From Armatimonadota bacterium (GTDB lineage: Bacteria > Armatimonadota > SYMT01), in assembly GCA_046292385.1 (NCBI GenBank), contig JBKBRF010000058.1, positions 1-37,014 on the forward strand: DNA of 37,014 nucleotides, written 5' to 3'. The translations under genes and the position numbers were made by a program. How positions within the stretch are numbered: position 1 is the first letter of the stretch; every line of letters starts with the position of its first letter. Under the pieces are notes generated by a model. It was not told the origin of the DNA and did not search any database. It worked only from the letters and a program-made list of their open reading frames with translations. Of this stretch, positions 8,466 through 16,194 are shown piece by piece.

Positions 8466-10862
8466 ATGAAAGCGCTACGCACCTCCGCCTGCCGTTCGGC
8501 GGCGGTTCGCCTGGGTCCGCTGGCAGTCGCCGCGACCGCCGCCCTGGGGCTCTGCGCCTCCGCCGCGCAGGAAGCCGGCTCGCGGGAGCGGCCGGTGCCG
8601 TTCCGGGTGGCGCCGAAGCTGCCGGACGCGATGACGCCGGCTCCCACCGCCTCCGTGCGCCTGCAGGGCTACCTGGGCGACCGCGTGGCGAAGAACGCCG
8701 ACCGGCGCCTGCCGGAGGTCGACGTCGACCGCCTCCTCGCCGGCTTCCGGAAGAAGCCGGGCGAGCACCCGTGGATCGGCGAGCATATCGGCAAGTGGAT
8801 GCACGCGGCGACGCTGGCGTGGGTGAACACCGGCGATCCGAAGCTGAAGTCGAAGCTCGACTACGCCGTCGCGGAGCTGGTCAAGACGCAGGAGCCGGAC
8901 GGCTACCTCGGCACCTACCTGCCGGACCAGCGCTTCGGGCTCTATCGCAACGCGGACTGGGACGTCTGGTCGCACAAGTACGACCTGATGGGCCTGCTCA
9001 CCTACCACCAGTACACCGGGAATGCCGCGGCGCTGGAGGCGAGCCGCAAGGTGGGCGACCTGCTGATTCGCACCTTCGGGCCCGGGAAGAAGAGCATCCT
9101 CGCCGCCGGGACGCACGTCGGCATGGCCTCCACCAGCGTGCTCCAGCCGATGGTGCTGCTCTACCGCCTGACCGGCGACGACCGCTACCTGGAGTTCAGC
9201 CGGTATATCGTCCGCTCCTGGGACGAGGAGGGCGGCCCCAAGGTGCTGCGGACGCTCCTGACGGAGAAGTCGGTCCAGCGCACCGGCAACGGCAAGGCGT
9301 ACGAGATGCTCTCCAACCTGGTGGGGCTCTGCGAGCTGGCGCGGGTGACCGGCGAGCGGGAGTACCTGCAGGCGGCGATCAACGCCTGGGACGACGTGGT
9401 CGCCAACCAGCTCTACCTCACCGGCTCCACCAGCCACGGCGAGCACTTCCACGATCCGCACGACCTCCCCAACCACCAGGGCGCGAACGTCGGTGAGACC
9501 TGCGTCAGCGTCACCTGGATCCAGCTCAACTCCCAGCTTCTCCGCCTCACCGGCCGCGCCCGCTACGGCGACGAGCTGGAGCGCACCTTCTACAACCACC
9601 TCGCCGCGGCGCAGCGGCCGGACGGGCGGGAGTGGTGCTACTACACCTCGCTGGAGGGGATCAAGCCGTACGGCCCCGGCATCAACTGCTGCGTCTCCAG
9701 CGGGCCCCGCGGCATGGCACTCGCCCCGCAGCACGCCTACCTCACCTTCCGGGAGAACGACGCGGAGGGACTGGCGGTGAACCTGCTGGAGAGCTCCACC
9801 GCCACCGTGACGGTGGGCGACCAGCGGGTGAAGGTGGAGCAGCAGTCGAGCTTCCCCGCCCCGCGGCCGGAGGACCTCACCAGCGGCCGCTCGACCCTGA
9901 CGCTGCGGCTGGAGCGCCCGGCGAGCTTCCCGCTCAAGGTCCGCGTCCCCGCCTGGGCCGAGCGCTTCCGGATGCGGGTCCCGACGAACCAGCTGACCGC
10001 GCAGAACGACGGCTGGCTCACCGTCCCCGCGCGAAGCTGGAAAGACGGCGACCGCGTGGAGCTCACCTTCGGCATCCCGACCCGGATCGTGACCGGCGAG
10101 CACAGCAACGCCGGCAAAGCCGCGCTCACGTGGGGGCCGATCGTGCTCGCCTACGACGAGCGCCGCAATCCGGAGCTGCCGCACGTCCGCGGCGTCGGCT
10201 TCGCACGGTCCGGCGAGCGCCCGTTCCGCGCCGCCACGGCCGAGGGAATTCCGCTCGCGTTCCGGGCGCGCCTGCGCACCGGCACCGACGAGGCGGTGAA
10301 GGACGCCCTCTTCGTCCCGTTCGCGGAGGCCGGCAGCACCGGCGGTCGCTACGCCGTCTGGCTGCCCGCCCCCGGCACGCCGATCCCGCGCAACCTCTCC
10401 CTGCTGGCGCCGGGACGGGAGAGCCGCTCCCGCGAGGGGAACGTCGCCGGCTCGATCGTCGACGGCGACGAGCAGACCTTCGTCGTCACCTTCAACGCGG
10501 AGCGGCAGGCGGAAGACTGGTTCGCGGTGGAGCTGGAGAAGCCGGCGAAGATCGGCCGGGTGGTCTACTCCCACGGCCGCCTCTTCCACGACGGCGGCTG
10601 GTTCGACGCGAGCGCCGGCAAGCCGCGGATTGAAGCCCGCCTGGAAAAGGGCGGCCCGTGGGTGCGCCTCGGCACGCTGGACGACTACCCCGCCACCACG
10701 GCGACCGATCCTCGCGGACTGAAGGACGGGCAGAGCTTCACCCTGCGCCTTCCCGCGGAGCGGACCGTCTACGCCCTCCGCGTGATCGGCAAGCCCGCCC
10801 ACGGCGACAACCCGGCCCAGGCGTTCTCCTCCTGCGGAGAGCTCCAGGCGTTCGCGCGATAG
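8466..10862 (+). CDS. Secreted GH127/GH146-like beta-L-arabinofuranosidase-domain protein with a C-terminal discoidin/CBM-like domain
   Basis: GEHIGKW, QEPDGYLG, LYLTGSTSHGEHF, GETCVSV, NCCVSSG, LKVRVPAWA, WGPIVLA. Confidence 0.85.
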   Translation: MKALRTSACRSAAVRLGPLAVAATAALGLCASAAQEAGSRERPVPFRVAPKLPDAMTPAPTASVRLQGYLGDRVAKNADRRLPEVDVDRLLAGFRKKPGEHPWIGEHIGKWMHAATLAWVNTGDPKLKSKLDYAVAELVKTQEPDGYLGTYLPDQRFGLYRNADWDVWSHKYDLMGLLTYHQYTGNAAALEASRKVGDLLIRTFGPGKKSILAAGTHVGMASTSVLQPMVLLYRLTGDDRYLEFSRYIVRSWDEEGGPKVLRTLLTEKSVQRTGNGKAYEMLSNLVGLCELARVTGEREYLQAAINAWDDVVANQLYLTGSTSHGEHFHDPHDLPNHQGANVGETCVSVTWIQLNSQLLRLTGRARYGDELERTFYNHLAAAQRPDGREWCYYTSLEGIKPYGPGINCCVSSGPRGMALAPQHAYLTFRENDAEGLAVNLLESSTATVTVGDQRVKVEQQSSFPAPRPEDLTSGRSTLTLRLERPASFPLKVRVPAWAERFRMRVPTNQLTAQNDGWLTVPARSWKDGDRVELTFGIPTRIVTGEHSNAGKAALTWGPIVLAYDERRNPELPHVRGVGFARSGERPFRAATAEGIPLAFRARLRTGTDEAVKDALFVPFAEAGSTGGRYAVWLPAPGTPIPRNLSLLAPGRESRSREGNVAGSIVDGDEQTFVVTFNAERQAEDWFAVELEKPAKIGRVVYSHGRLFHDGGWFDASAGKPRIEARLEKGGPWVRLGTLDDYPATTATDPRGLKDGQSFTLRLPAERTVYALRVIGKPAHGDNPAQAFSSCGELQAFAR

Positions 10863-10873
10863 GGGCTTTCGCC

Positions 10874-10903
10874 AGGGTGTAGCGTGTAGGGGGTAGCGTG
10901 TAG
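10874..10903 (+). repeat. Heptamer-period repeat (GTGTAGC/GTGTAGG) just after a stop codon
   Basis: AGGGTGTAGCGTGTAGGGGGTAGCGTGTAG; exact 18-bp match to the reverse complement of 438-455. Confidence 0.7.
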
Positions 10904-11032
10904 ACAGCCGCGAGGCGGCGTTCGCCTGTGGAAGACGGACCCGCCTCGGCTGGCTGCCGAGCAAGAGTTGCCGATGACCGTCCAGGTCACCCGCGGCCAG
11001 GAAAGGTGCGATGGCGGCTCCTTCTCACGGGG

Positions 11033-11068
11033 CCTCACCCTCGATCCCTCTCCTGAGAGGAGAGGGAA
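11033..11068. repeat. CCTCACCC...CCCTCTCC-n-GGAGAGGG palindromic REP-like element
   Basis: TCCCTCTCCT-GAG-AGGAGAGGGA 10-bp stem preceded by CCTCACCC. Confidence 0.65.
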
Positions 11069-11189
11069 GCTATCGGTGTGATGCCGCTACGCCGGGCGGT
11101 AGGCCGCGCCGGAGTGCTGACCCGCCGTGTACATCTCGACGGCTGTTTTCAGAGCAGCAGGAGCAGGCAGGTTCAAGAGCGCGAAGCGC

Positions 11190-11226
11190 ATCCCCCTATC
11201 CCCGGTTCCCCATCTCCCCATCTCCT
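11190..11226. repeat. Lone pyrimidine arm of the CCCCATCT repeat family
   Basis: ATCCCCCTATCCCCGGTTCCCCATCTCCCCATCTCCT resembles 2149-2187. Confidence 0.55.
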
Positions 11227-11251
11227 GAGAGGTTCGAAGTCTCGCCTCTCG

Positions 11252-11280
11252 CTGTCGAGGCTCTGTGAGCGGGCTATAAT
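11252..11280 (+). promoter_or_regulatory. Putative sigma70 promoter for the second ABC block
   Basis: Perfect TATAAT (11275-11280) in very GC-rich DNA, 42 bp before the start codon; weak -35 (CTGTCG). Confidence 0.5.
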
Positions 11281-11322
11281 TCGAGGCGGTGCTTTGCCCG
11301 GTCGGGCTGGTAGGGAGCGGGA

Positions 11323-12468
11323 GTGGAGAAGACGAGTGCGGTTTCGGGGGGCCAGTCGGCGCGGCGGCTGCTGGCGGGGGTGCTGCGTCCGTGGCTGACG
11401 CTCATCGTCGTCTGCGCGGCGTTCTCCCTCCACCCGGCGTTCCTGAACACGTTCTGGACCCCGCAGTACCTGCCGAACATCCTGCAGCAGGCGGCCACCA
11501 ACATCATCCTCGCCGTGGGGCTCACCTTCGTGATCCTGACCGCGGGGATTGACCTCTCCGTCGGGGCGGTGATGGCGCTCTGCGGCATCACGCTGGGGCT
11601 CTCCGTCCGCGGCGGGCTGCCGCCGTTCCTGGCGTGGACCGTCGCCTTTCCCCTGGCGGCGCTCGCGGCCTGGGCGGCGGCGCGGGAGCTGCTGCGGCGT
11701 GGGGTGGACGGGCGCGCGGCGGGCGCCGCGGCAGTCGGGGTGACGGTCCTGGTCACCGCGGCGCTGGGATCGCTGCTCGGCCCGGTGCTGGCGCGCGGCG
11801 TGCGGCTGGAGTGGGCGCTGCTGGCCGCGGTCGCCGTAGGAATTGCCTGCGGCCTGTTGAACGGGCTGGTGACTTCGCTCGGGCGAGTGCCGTCGTTCGT
11901 GGTGACGCTCGGGATGCTCACCGCGGCGCGCGGGCTGACGGTCTACGCGACCGACGGCAACAGCGTCTCCGGCCTCCCCGCGCGGCTCGGATCGCTGGGG
12001 CAGGGCTGGCCGCTGGTCCTGATCGCGCTGGTGGTGGTGGTGAGCGGGGTGGTGCTGCAGACGCTCACCCGCTCCGGCAGGCTGATCACCGCCGTGGGAG
12101 CGAATGAAGAAGCGACCCGCCTGAGCGGCGTCTCGGTGCCGGTCTACCAGACCCTGGCGTTCGTGCTCTCCGGCCTCTGCGCGGCGCTGGCGGCGGTCGT
12201 GCTGACGGCGAAGTTCCAGCTGGCCGACACCGGCGCCGGCGTGGGCGCGGAGCTGAACGCCATCGCGGCGGTGGTGATCGGCGGCACCAGCCTGAGCGGC
12301 GGTCGCGGGACCGTCCTCGGGAGCCTGGTCGGCGCGCTCACCATCGCGGTGCTCAACGCCGGGATGGTGCTGGTCGGCGTGAAAGACACGCTGCAGGGAG
12401 TGGTGATCGGCCTGGTGATCGTGCTGGCGGTGATGCTCGACCGCGCGCGGCGTCCCGGCCGCGATTGA
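11323..12468 (+). CDS. CUT2 sugar ABC permease (RbsC-like) with an extra hydrophobic insertion
   Basis: GLTFVILTAGIDLSVGA, VPSFVVTLGM, AVGANEEATRLSG, ELNAIAAVVIGGTSLSGGRG. Confidence 0.9.
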   Translation: MEKTSAVSGGQSARRLLAGVLRPWLTLIVVCAAFSLHPAFLNTFWTPQYLPNILQQAATNIILAVGLTFVILTAGIDLSVGAVMALCGITLGLSVRGGLPPFLAWTVAFPLAALAAWAAARELLRRGVDGRAAGAAAVGVTVLVTAALGSLLGPVLARGVRLEWALLAAVAVGIACGLLNGLVTSLGRVPSFVVTLGMLTAARGLTVYATDGNSVSGLPARLGSLGQGWPLVLIALVVVVSGVVLQTLTRSGRLITAVGANEEATRLSGVSVPVYQTLAFVLSGLCAALAAVVLTAKFQLADTGAGVGAELNAIAAVVIGGTSLSGGRGTVLGSLVGALTIAVLNAGMVLVGVKDTLQGVVIGLVIVLAVMLDRARRPGRD

Positions 12469-12496
12469 TTTGACGACGAGAAAGCGAGAGGCGGAA

Positions 12497-13552
12497 ATGA
12501 GAACTCACCGAGCGTTCATGGCCGCGGCGGCGGTACTGGCCCTGGGGCTCTTCGCGGCCGGCTGCGGGCCGGAGCCGGAGCCGGCGGGGCCTTCCACCGG
12601 GACCGATGGGGCCGCGGGAAACACGGCCGGCAGCGTAGATGCAGGCGCCGGGACCGAGCTGACGCAGGCGGAGCTCGACGCGGTAGAGAAGGCGGACCGC
12701 CCCTACAAGCTGGCGCTGGTGGTGAAGACGCGCAACAACCCGTTCTTCGATCCGATGATCAAGGCGGCGGAAGAAGAGGCGAAGGCGCTCGGCGCGGAGC
12801 TGGAGGTCCAGGCCCCCGCGCAGGAGAGCGACAAGGAGCGCCAGTTCGCGATGGTGCAGGACCTCACCGCGCGGAAGGTCGACGCCATCCTGATCGCGCC
12901 CGCCGACTCGAAGGGGATCGTGCCGGCGCTGAAGCAGGCGCAGGACCAGAACATCCTGGTGATCAACATCGACAACCGGATCGACCCCGACACCGCCAGC
13001 AGCGGCGGGCTGAATCTGTCCGCCTACGTAGGGGCGGATAACGAGGAAGGCGGCCGGCTGGCGGGCGAGGCAATGGTGGAGGCGCTCGGCGGCAGCGGCA
13101 AGGTGGCGATCCTGGAGGGAATCCGCGGCGCCGACAACGCCGAGGCGCGCAAGCGCGGCTTCCAGAGCGCCATCGAGGGCAAGCTCGACGTGGTGGCGAC
13201 CGACACCGCCGAGTGGGACACCCAGAAGGCGTACGCCAAGTTCCAGTCGATGCTCGCCGCCCACCCGGAGATCCAGGGTCTCTTCTGCGCGAACGACAAG
13301 ATGGCGGTCGGCGCGCTCCAGGCGCTCAGCGAGGCGGGCAAGCAGGGCAAGGTCGTGGTGATCGGCTACGATAATATCCCGGACGTGCGCCCGGCGCTGG
13401 ACACGGGCGAGCTGTACGGCACGATCGAGCAGCACCCGGACCTGATGGGCAAGTACGGCGTGCGGGCGGCGGTCGGCATCCTGAACGGCAAGGTGCAGCG
13501 CGGCGGCGAGCTCCTGGTGCCGCTGGAAGTGATCCGGGCGAAGGGCAAGTAG
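12497..13552 (+). CDS. CUT2 sugar ABC substrate-binding lipoprotein
   Basis: GAGG upstream of the ATG at 12497; FAAGC lipobox; VVKTRNNPFF, YVGADNEEGG, FCANDKMAVGA, IGYDNI. Confidence 0.9.
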   Translation: MRTHRAFMAAAAVLALGLFAAGCGPEPEPAGPSTGTDGAAGNTAGSVDAGAGTELTQAELDAVEKADRPYKLALVVKTRNNPFFDPMIKAAEEEAKALGAELEVQAPAQESDKERQFAMVQDLTARKVDAILIAPADSKGIVPALKQAQDQNILVINIDNRIDPDTASSGGLNLSAYVGADNEEGGRLAGEAMVEALGGSGKVAILEGIRGADNAEARKRGFQSAIEGKLDVVATDTAEWDTQKAYAKFQSMLAAHPEIQGLFCANDKMAVGALQALSEAGKQGKVVVIGYDNIPDVRPALDTGELYGTIEQHPDLMGKYGVRAAVGILNGKVQRGGELLVPLEVIRAKGK

Positions 13553-13578
13553 CGGCCCGGCGGCGGCTGCGCGAGAGA

Positions 13579-14604
13579 ATGGAGCGGCAACGGGTGAGCG
13601 AGCACGCGAAGACAACCGGCTCGAAGGCGGCGGCGGCCTGGAGCTTCGCGCTCCGGTTCCAGAGCTTCTTCGGCCTGATCGCCATCTTCATTCTCTCGGT
13701 GATCCTGTCGCCGATCCGGGACGGGAACATCGTCTTCCTGAACCCGGAGAACCTGCTCAACATCCTGCGGTTCGCCTCGGAGAACGGCATCATCGCGATC
13801 GGGATGACGCTGGTGATCCTGACCGGCGGCATCGATCTCTCGGTCGGCGCGGTCCTGGCGCTCTGCGCCGTCGCGGCCGCCTCCGCGCTGATGAAGATGG
13901 GGCTCGGCACCGGCGCCACCGTGGGGCTGGTGCTGGGCCTCGGCGCGCTGGTGGGGCTGGTGAACGGCGTGGTGACCACCCGCCTCCGGGTCCAGTCGTT
14001 CATCACCACCCTGGCGATGCTCAGCGTGGCCCGCGGCGCGGCCTCGCTCTGGGCGGGCGGCTACGCGATCCCGCTCGCCTTCGGGCCCGCCGCGGCGCCG
14101 CCCGCGTTCAAGTCGCTCTTCGCCGGCACGATCCCGCTCCCGGGCATCGGGCTGCCGGTGCAGATCCTCTACTTTGCGGTGGCGGGCATCATCGCCTCCG
14201 TGGTGCTGCGGCGGACCACCTTCGGACGGCACGTCTACGCCGTCGGCAGCAACGAGGGAGCGACCCACCTCTCCGGGGTGGCGGTCGACCGGGTAAAGGT
14301 GATCGTCTTTGTCGTCTCCGGCTTCCTGGCCGGCCTCGCCGCCCTCCTCCACGCGGCGCTGGTGAACCAGGGCAGCCACATCGACGGCTCCGGCTACGAG
14401 CTGAACGCGATCGCCGCGGTAGTGATCGGCGGGGCGTCGCTGATGGGCGGCACCGGGACGGTGATCGGCTCGATGGCCGGCGCGCTGATCCTCTCGATCC
14501 TGGATAACATCCTCGGGTTGAGGAATATCGCCTCCGAGTACCAGATGATCCTGAAGGGGGCGATCATCGTTTTCGCGGTCCTTCTCCAGCGCGCCCGGCG
14601 GTAG
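13579..14604 (+). CDS. CUT2 sugar ABC permease (RbsC-like)
   Basis: GMTLVILTGGIDLSVGA, VQSFITTLAM, FGRHVYAVGSN, GYELNAIAAVVIGG; alternative GTG start at 13594. Confidence 0.9.
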   Translation: MERQRVSEHAKTTGSKAAAAWSFALRFQSFFGLIAIFILSVILSPIRDGNIVFLNPENLLNILRFASENGIIAIGMTLVILTGGIDLSVGAVLALCAVAAASALMKMGLGTGATVGLVLGLGALVGLVNGVVTTRLRVQSFITTLAMLSVARGAASLWAGGYAIPLAFGPAAAPPAFKSLFAGTIPLPGIGLPVQILYFAVAGIIASVVLRRTTFGRHVYAVGSNEGATHLSGVAVDRVKVIVFVVSGFLAGLAALLHAALVNQGSHIDGSGYELNAIAAVVIGGASLMGGTGTVIGSMAGALILSILDNILGLRNIASEYQMILKGAIIVFAVLLQRARR

Positions 14605-14630
14605 GGCCCTGGCGGGTGGGAGCTACTCGT

Positions 14631-14820
14631 CCGCCCCGGAGGGGCGGGAGACGATAGCCGGGGGTCAGCGAAGCGCAGCCCCCGGATACGGAGCCGCGGC
14701 TACGGGCCGCCCTGGAGGGGCGGGAGGACCGTCCGAAGACGGTGCGGAGTGAACTCCGCGGTTGGCTCCGCCGGGGGTCAACCTCCGGCGATCGATCGCG
14801 GCTCGCCCCGGAGGGGCGGC
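14631..14820. repeat. REP-like cluster: three CGCCC(C/T)GGAGGGGCG hairpins and two CCGGGGGTCA motifs
   Basis: Hairpins at 14632-14646, 14708-14722 and 14804-14818; CCGGGGGTCA at 14658 and 14771. Confidence 0.75.
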
Positions 14821-14882
14821 GGAACCGAACGCCGATCATCGGTGCCGACACGAAAGAAGTAACGATTCAGAGAGGAAGCGTC

Positions 14883-15887
14883 ATGGACCGTCGAGTATTC
14901 ATCGGGATCGGGTTAGGAGCGGCCGGGGCCGTCCTGGCGGGCTGCGGACCGCGGGAAGAGACCGGCACCGGGGGCGGAAACGGTGCCGCGGGCGGCGGGG
15001 GCGAGAAGTTCCTGATCGGCATGTCGCAGGCGAACAAGGGCGAGCCGTGGCGCCAGGCGATGAACGACCAGATCGCCGCCGCCGCGAAGGAGCACCCGGA
15101 GCTGGAGGTGGTCTTCGCGGACGCCGCCCAGAACAACGCCAAGCAGGTCGCCGACGTGGAGAACTTCCTCCAGCAGGGCATCAAGCTCCTGATCATCTCC
15201 CCCAACGAGGCGGCGCCGCTCACCGACGTGGTCGCCAAGGCGTACGACCGCGGCATTCCGGTGATCGTGCTCGACCGGAAGGTCGAGGGCGACAAGTACA
15301 CCATGTGGATCGGCGCGAACAACCAGGCGATCGGCAAGCGCGCCGGCGAATATGTCGCCAACTGGTGCAAGGAGCAGGGCCGCACCCCCTGCAACGTGAT
15401 CGAGCTGCGCGGCCTGGAAGGCTCCACGCCGGCCCGGGAGCGCGGCGACGGCTTCCGCGAAGGCATCGAGGGGAACCCGGACGTCAAGATCGTCGCGAGC
15501 CAGAACGCCGACTGGCTCCGGGAGAAGGCGATCCCCGCCTCTCAGGCGATGCTCGCCTCGCAGCCGAACGTCGACGTGATCTACGCCCACAACGACCCGA
15601 TGGCCGAAGCGGCGATCATCTCCGCGCAGAACGCCAACCGCGACATGGAGAAGCTGCTGGTAGTCGGCATCGACGGCCTCCCCACGCCGGACGGCGGCAT
15701 CCGCTCCGTGATGGACGGCCGGATCGACGTCACCTACGTCTACCCGACCGGCGGCGCGGAGGCGATCGACTGGGCGCTCAAGATCCTGAAGGACCAGGAG
15801 ACCCCGCCGAAGGAGGTCGTGCTCGAGACCGAAGAGGTCACGAAAGCGAACGCCGAAGAGCTGCTGAAGAAGTACGGCGGCGCCTGA
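14883..15887 (+). CDS. CUT2 sugar ABC substrate-binding lipoprotein, probable Tat substrate
   Basis: GAGG upstream of the ATG at 14883; MDRRVFI twin-arginine motif and LAGC lipobox; IGMSQAN-EPWRQAMN, LIISPNEAAPLT, IYAHNDPMA, YVYPTGG. Confidence 0.9.
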   Translation: MDRRVFIGIGLGAAGAVLAGCGPREETGTGGGNGAAGGGGEKFLIGMSQANKGEPWRQAMNDQIAAAAKEHPELEVVFADAAQNNAKQVADVENFLQQGIKLLIISPNEAAPLTDVVAKAYDRGIPVIVLDRKVEGDKYTMWIGANNQAIGKRAGEYVANWCKEQGRTPCNVIELRGLEGSTPARERGDGFREGIEGNPDVKIVASQNADWLREKAIPASQAMLASQPNVDVIYAHNDPMAEAAIISAQNANRDMEKLLVVGIDGLPTPDGGIRSVMDGRIDVTYVYPTGGAEAIDWALKILKDQETPPKEVVLETEEVTKANAEELLKKYGGA

Positions 15888-15939
15888 GGCGGGATGCCCA
15901 TGGCTGAGTAGCCAGGGAGCGGGGCGAGGCGCCGCGGCG

Positions 15940-16030
15940 CCGCGAGGCATTAAAATACCTCGCTGGACGGCCTGCGGCCAAGCGTCCTCCGGACGCCCAA
16001 ACGGGCCGTGTCAGCGCGCGAAGGCTGACC
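15940..16030 (+). repeat. REP-like multi-hairpin element, copy of the 6646-6772 family
   Basis: 43/45 identity with 6664-6708; the first hairpin differs in sequence but still pairs. Confidence 0.8.
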
Positions 16031-16086
16031 AGTGCCCCTATTTCCGCCTCCAGAAAGCGCGCCATAGAGAGACGGCCGTGCCCTAC

Positions 16087-16113
16087 TGAACCCGGGCGCG
16101 GCCGTTTCGTCTA
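16087..16113 (+). promoter_or_regulatory. Putative ECF-sigma promoter
   Basis: TGAAC-N16-CGTCTA, i.e. the AAC...CGT pattern typical of ECF promoters, about 80 bp upstream of the protease ATG. Confidence 0.5.
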
Positions 16114-16194
16114 AGCGGCGGGCCCGGCTCGCCGTCTCGCCGGGTCGGCGGCGAATCGCTCGCTGTCCGCTGTACCCCCATCTCTACCACCGCG

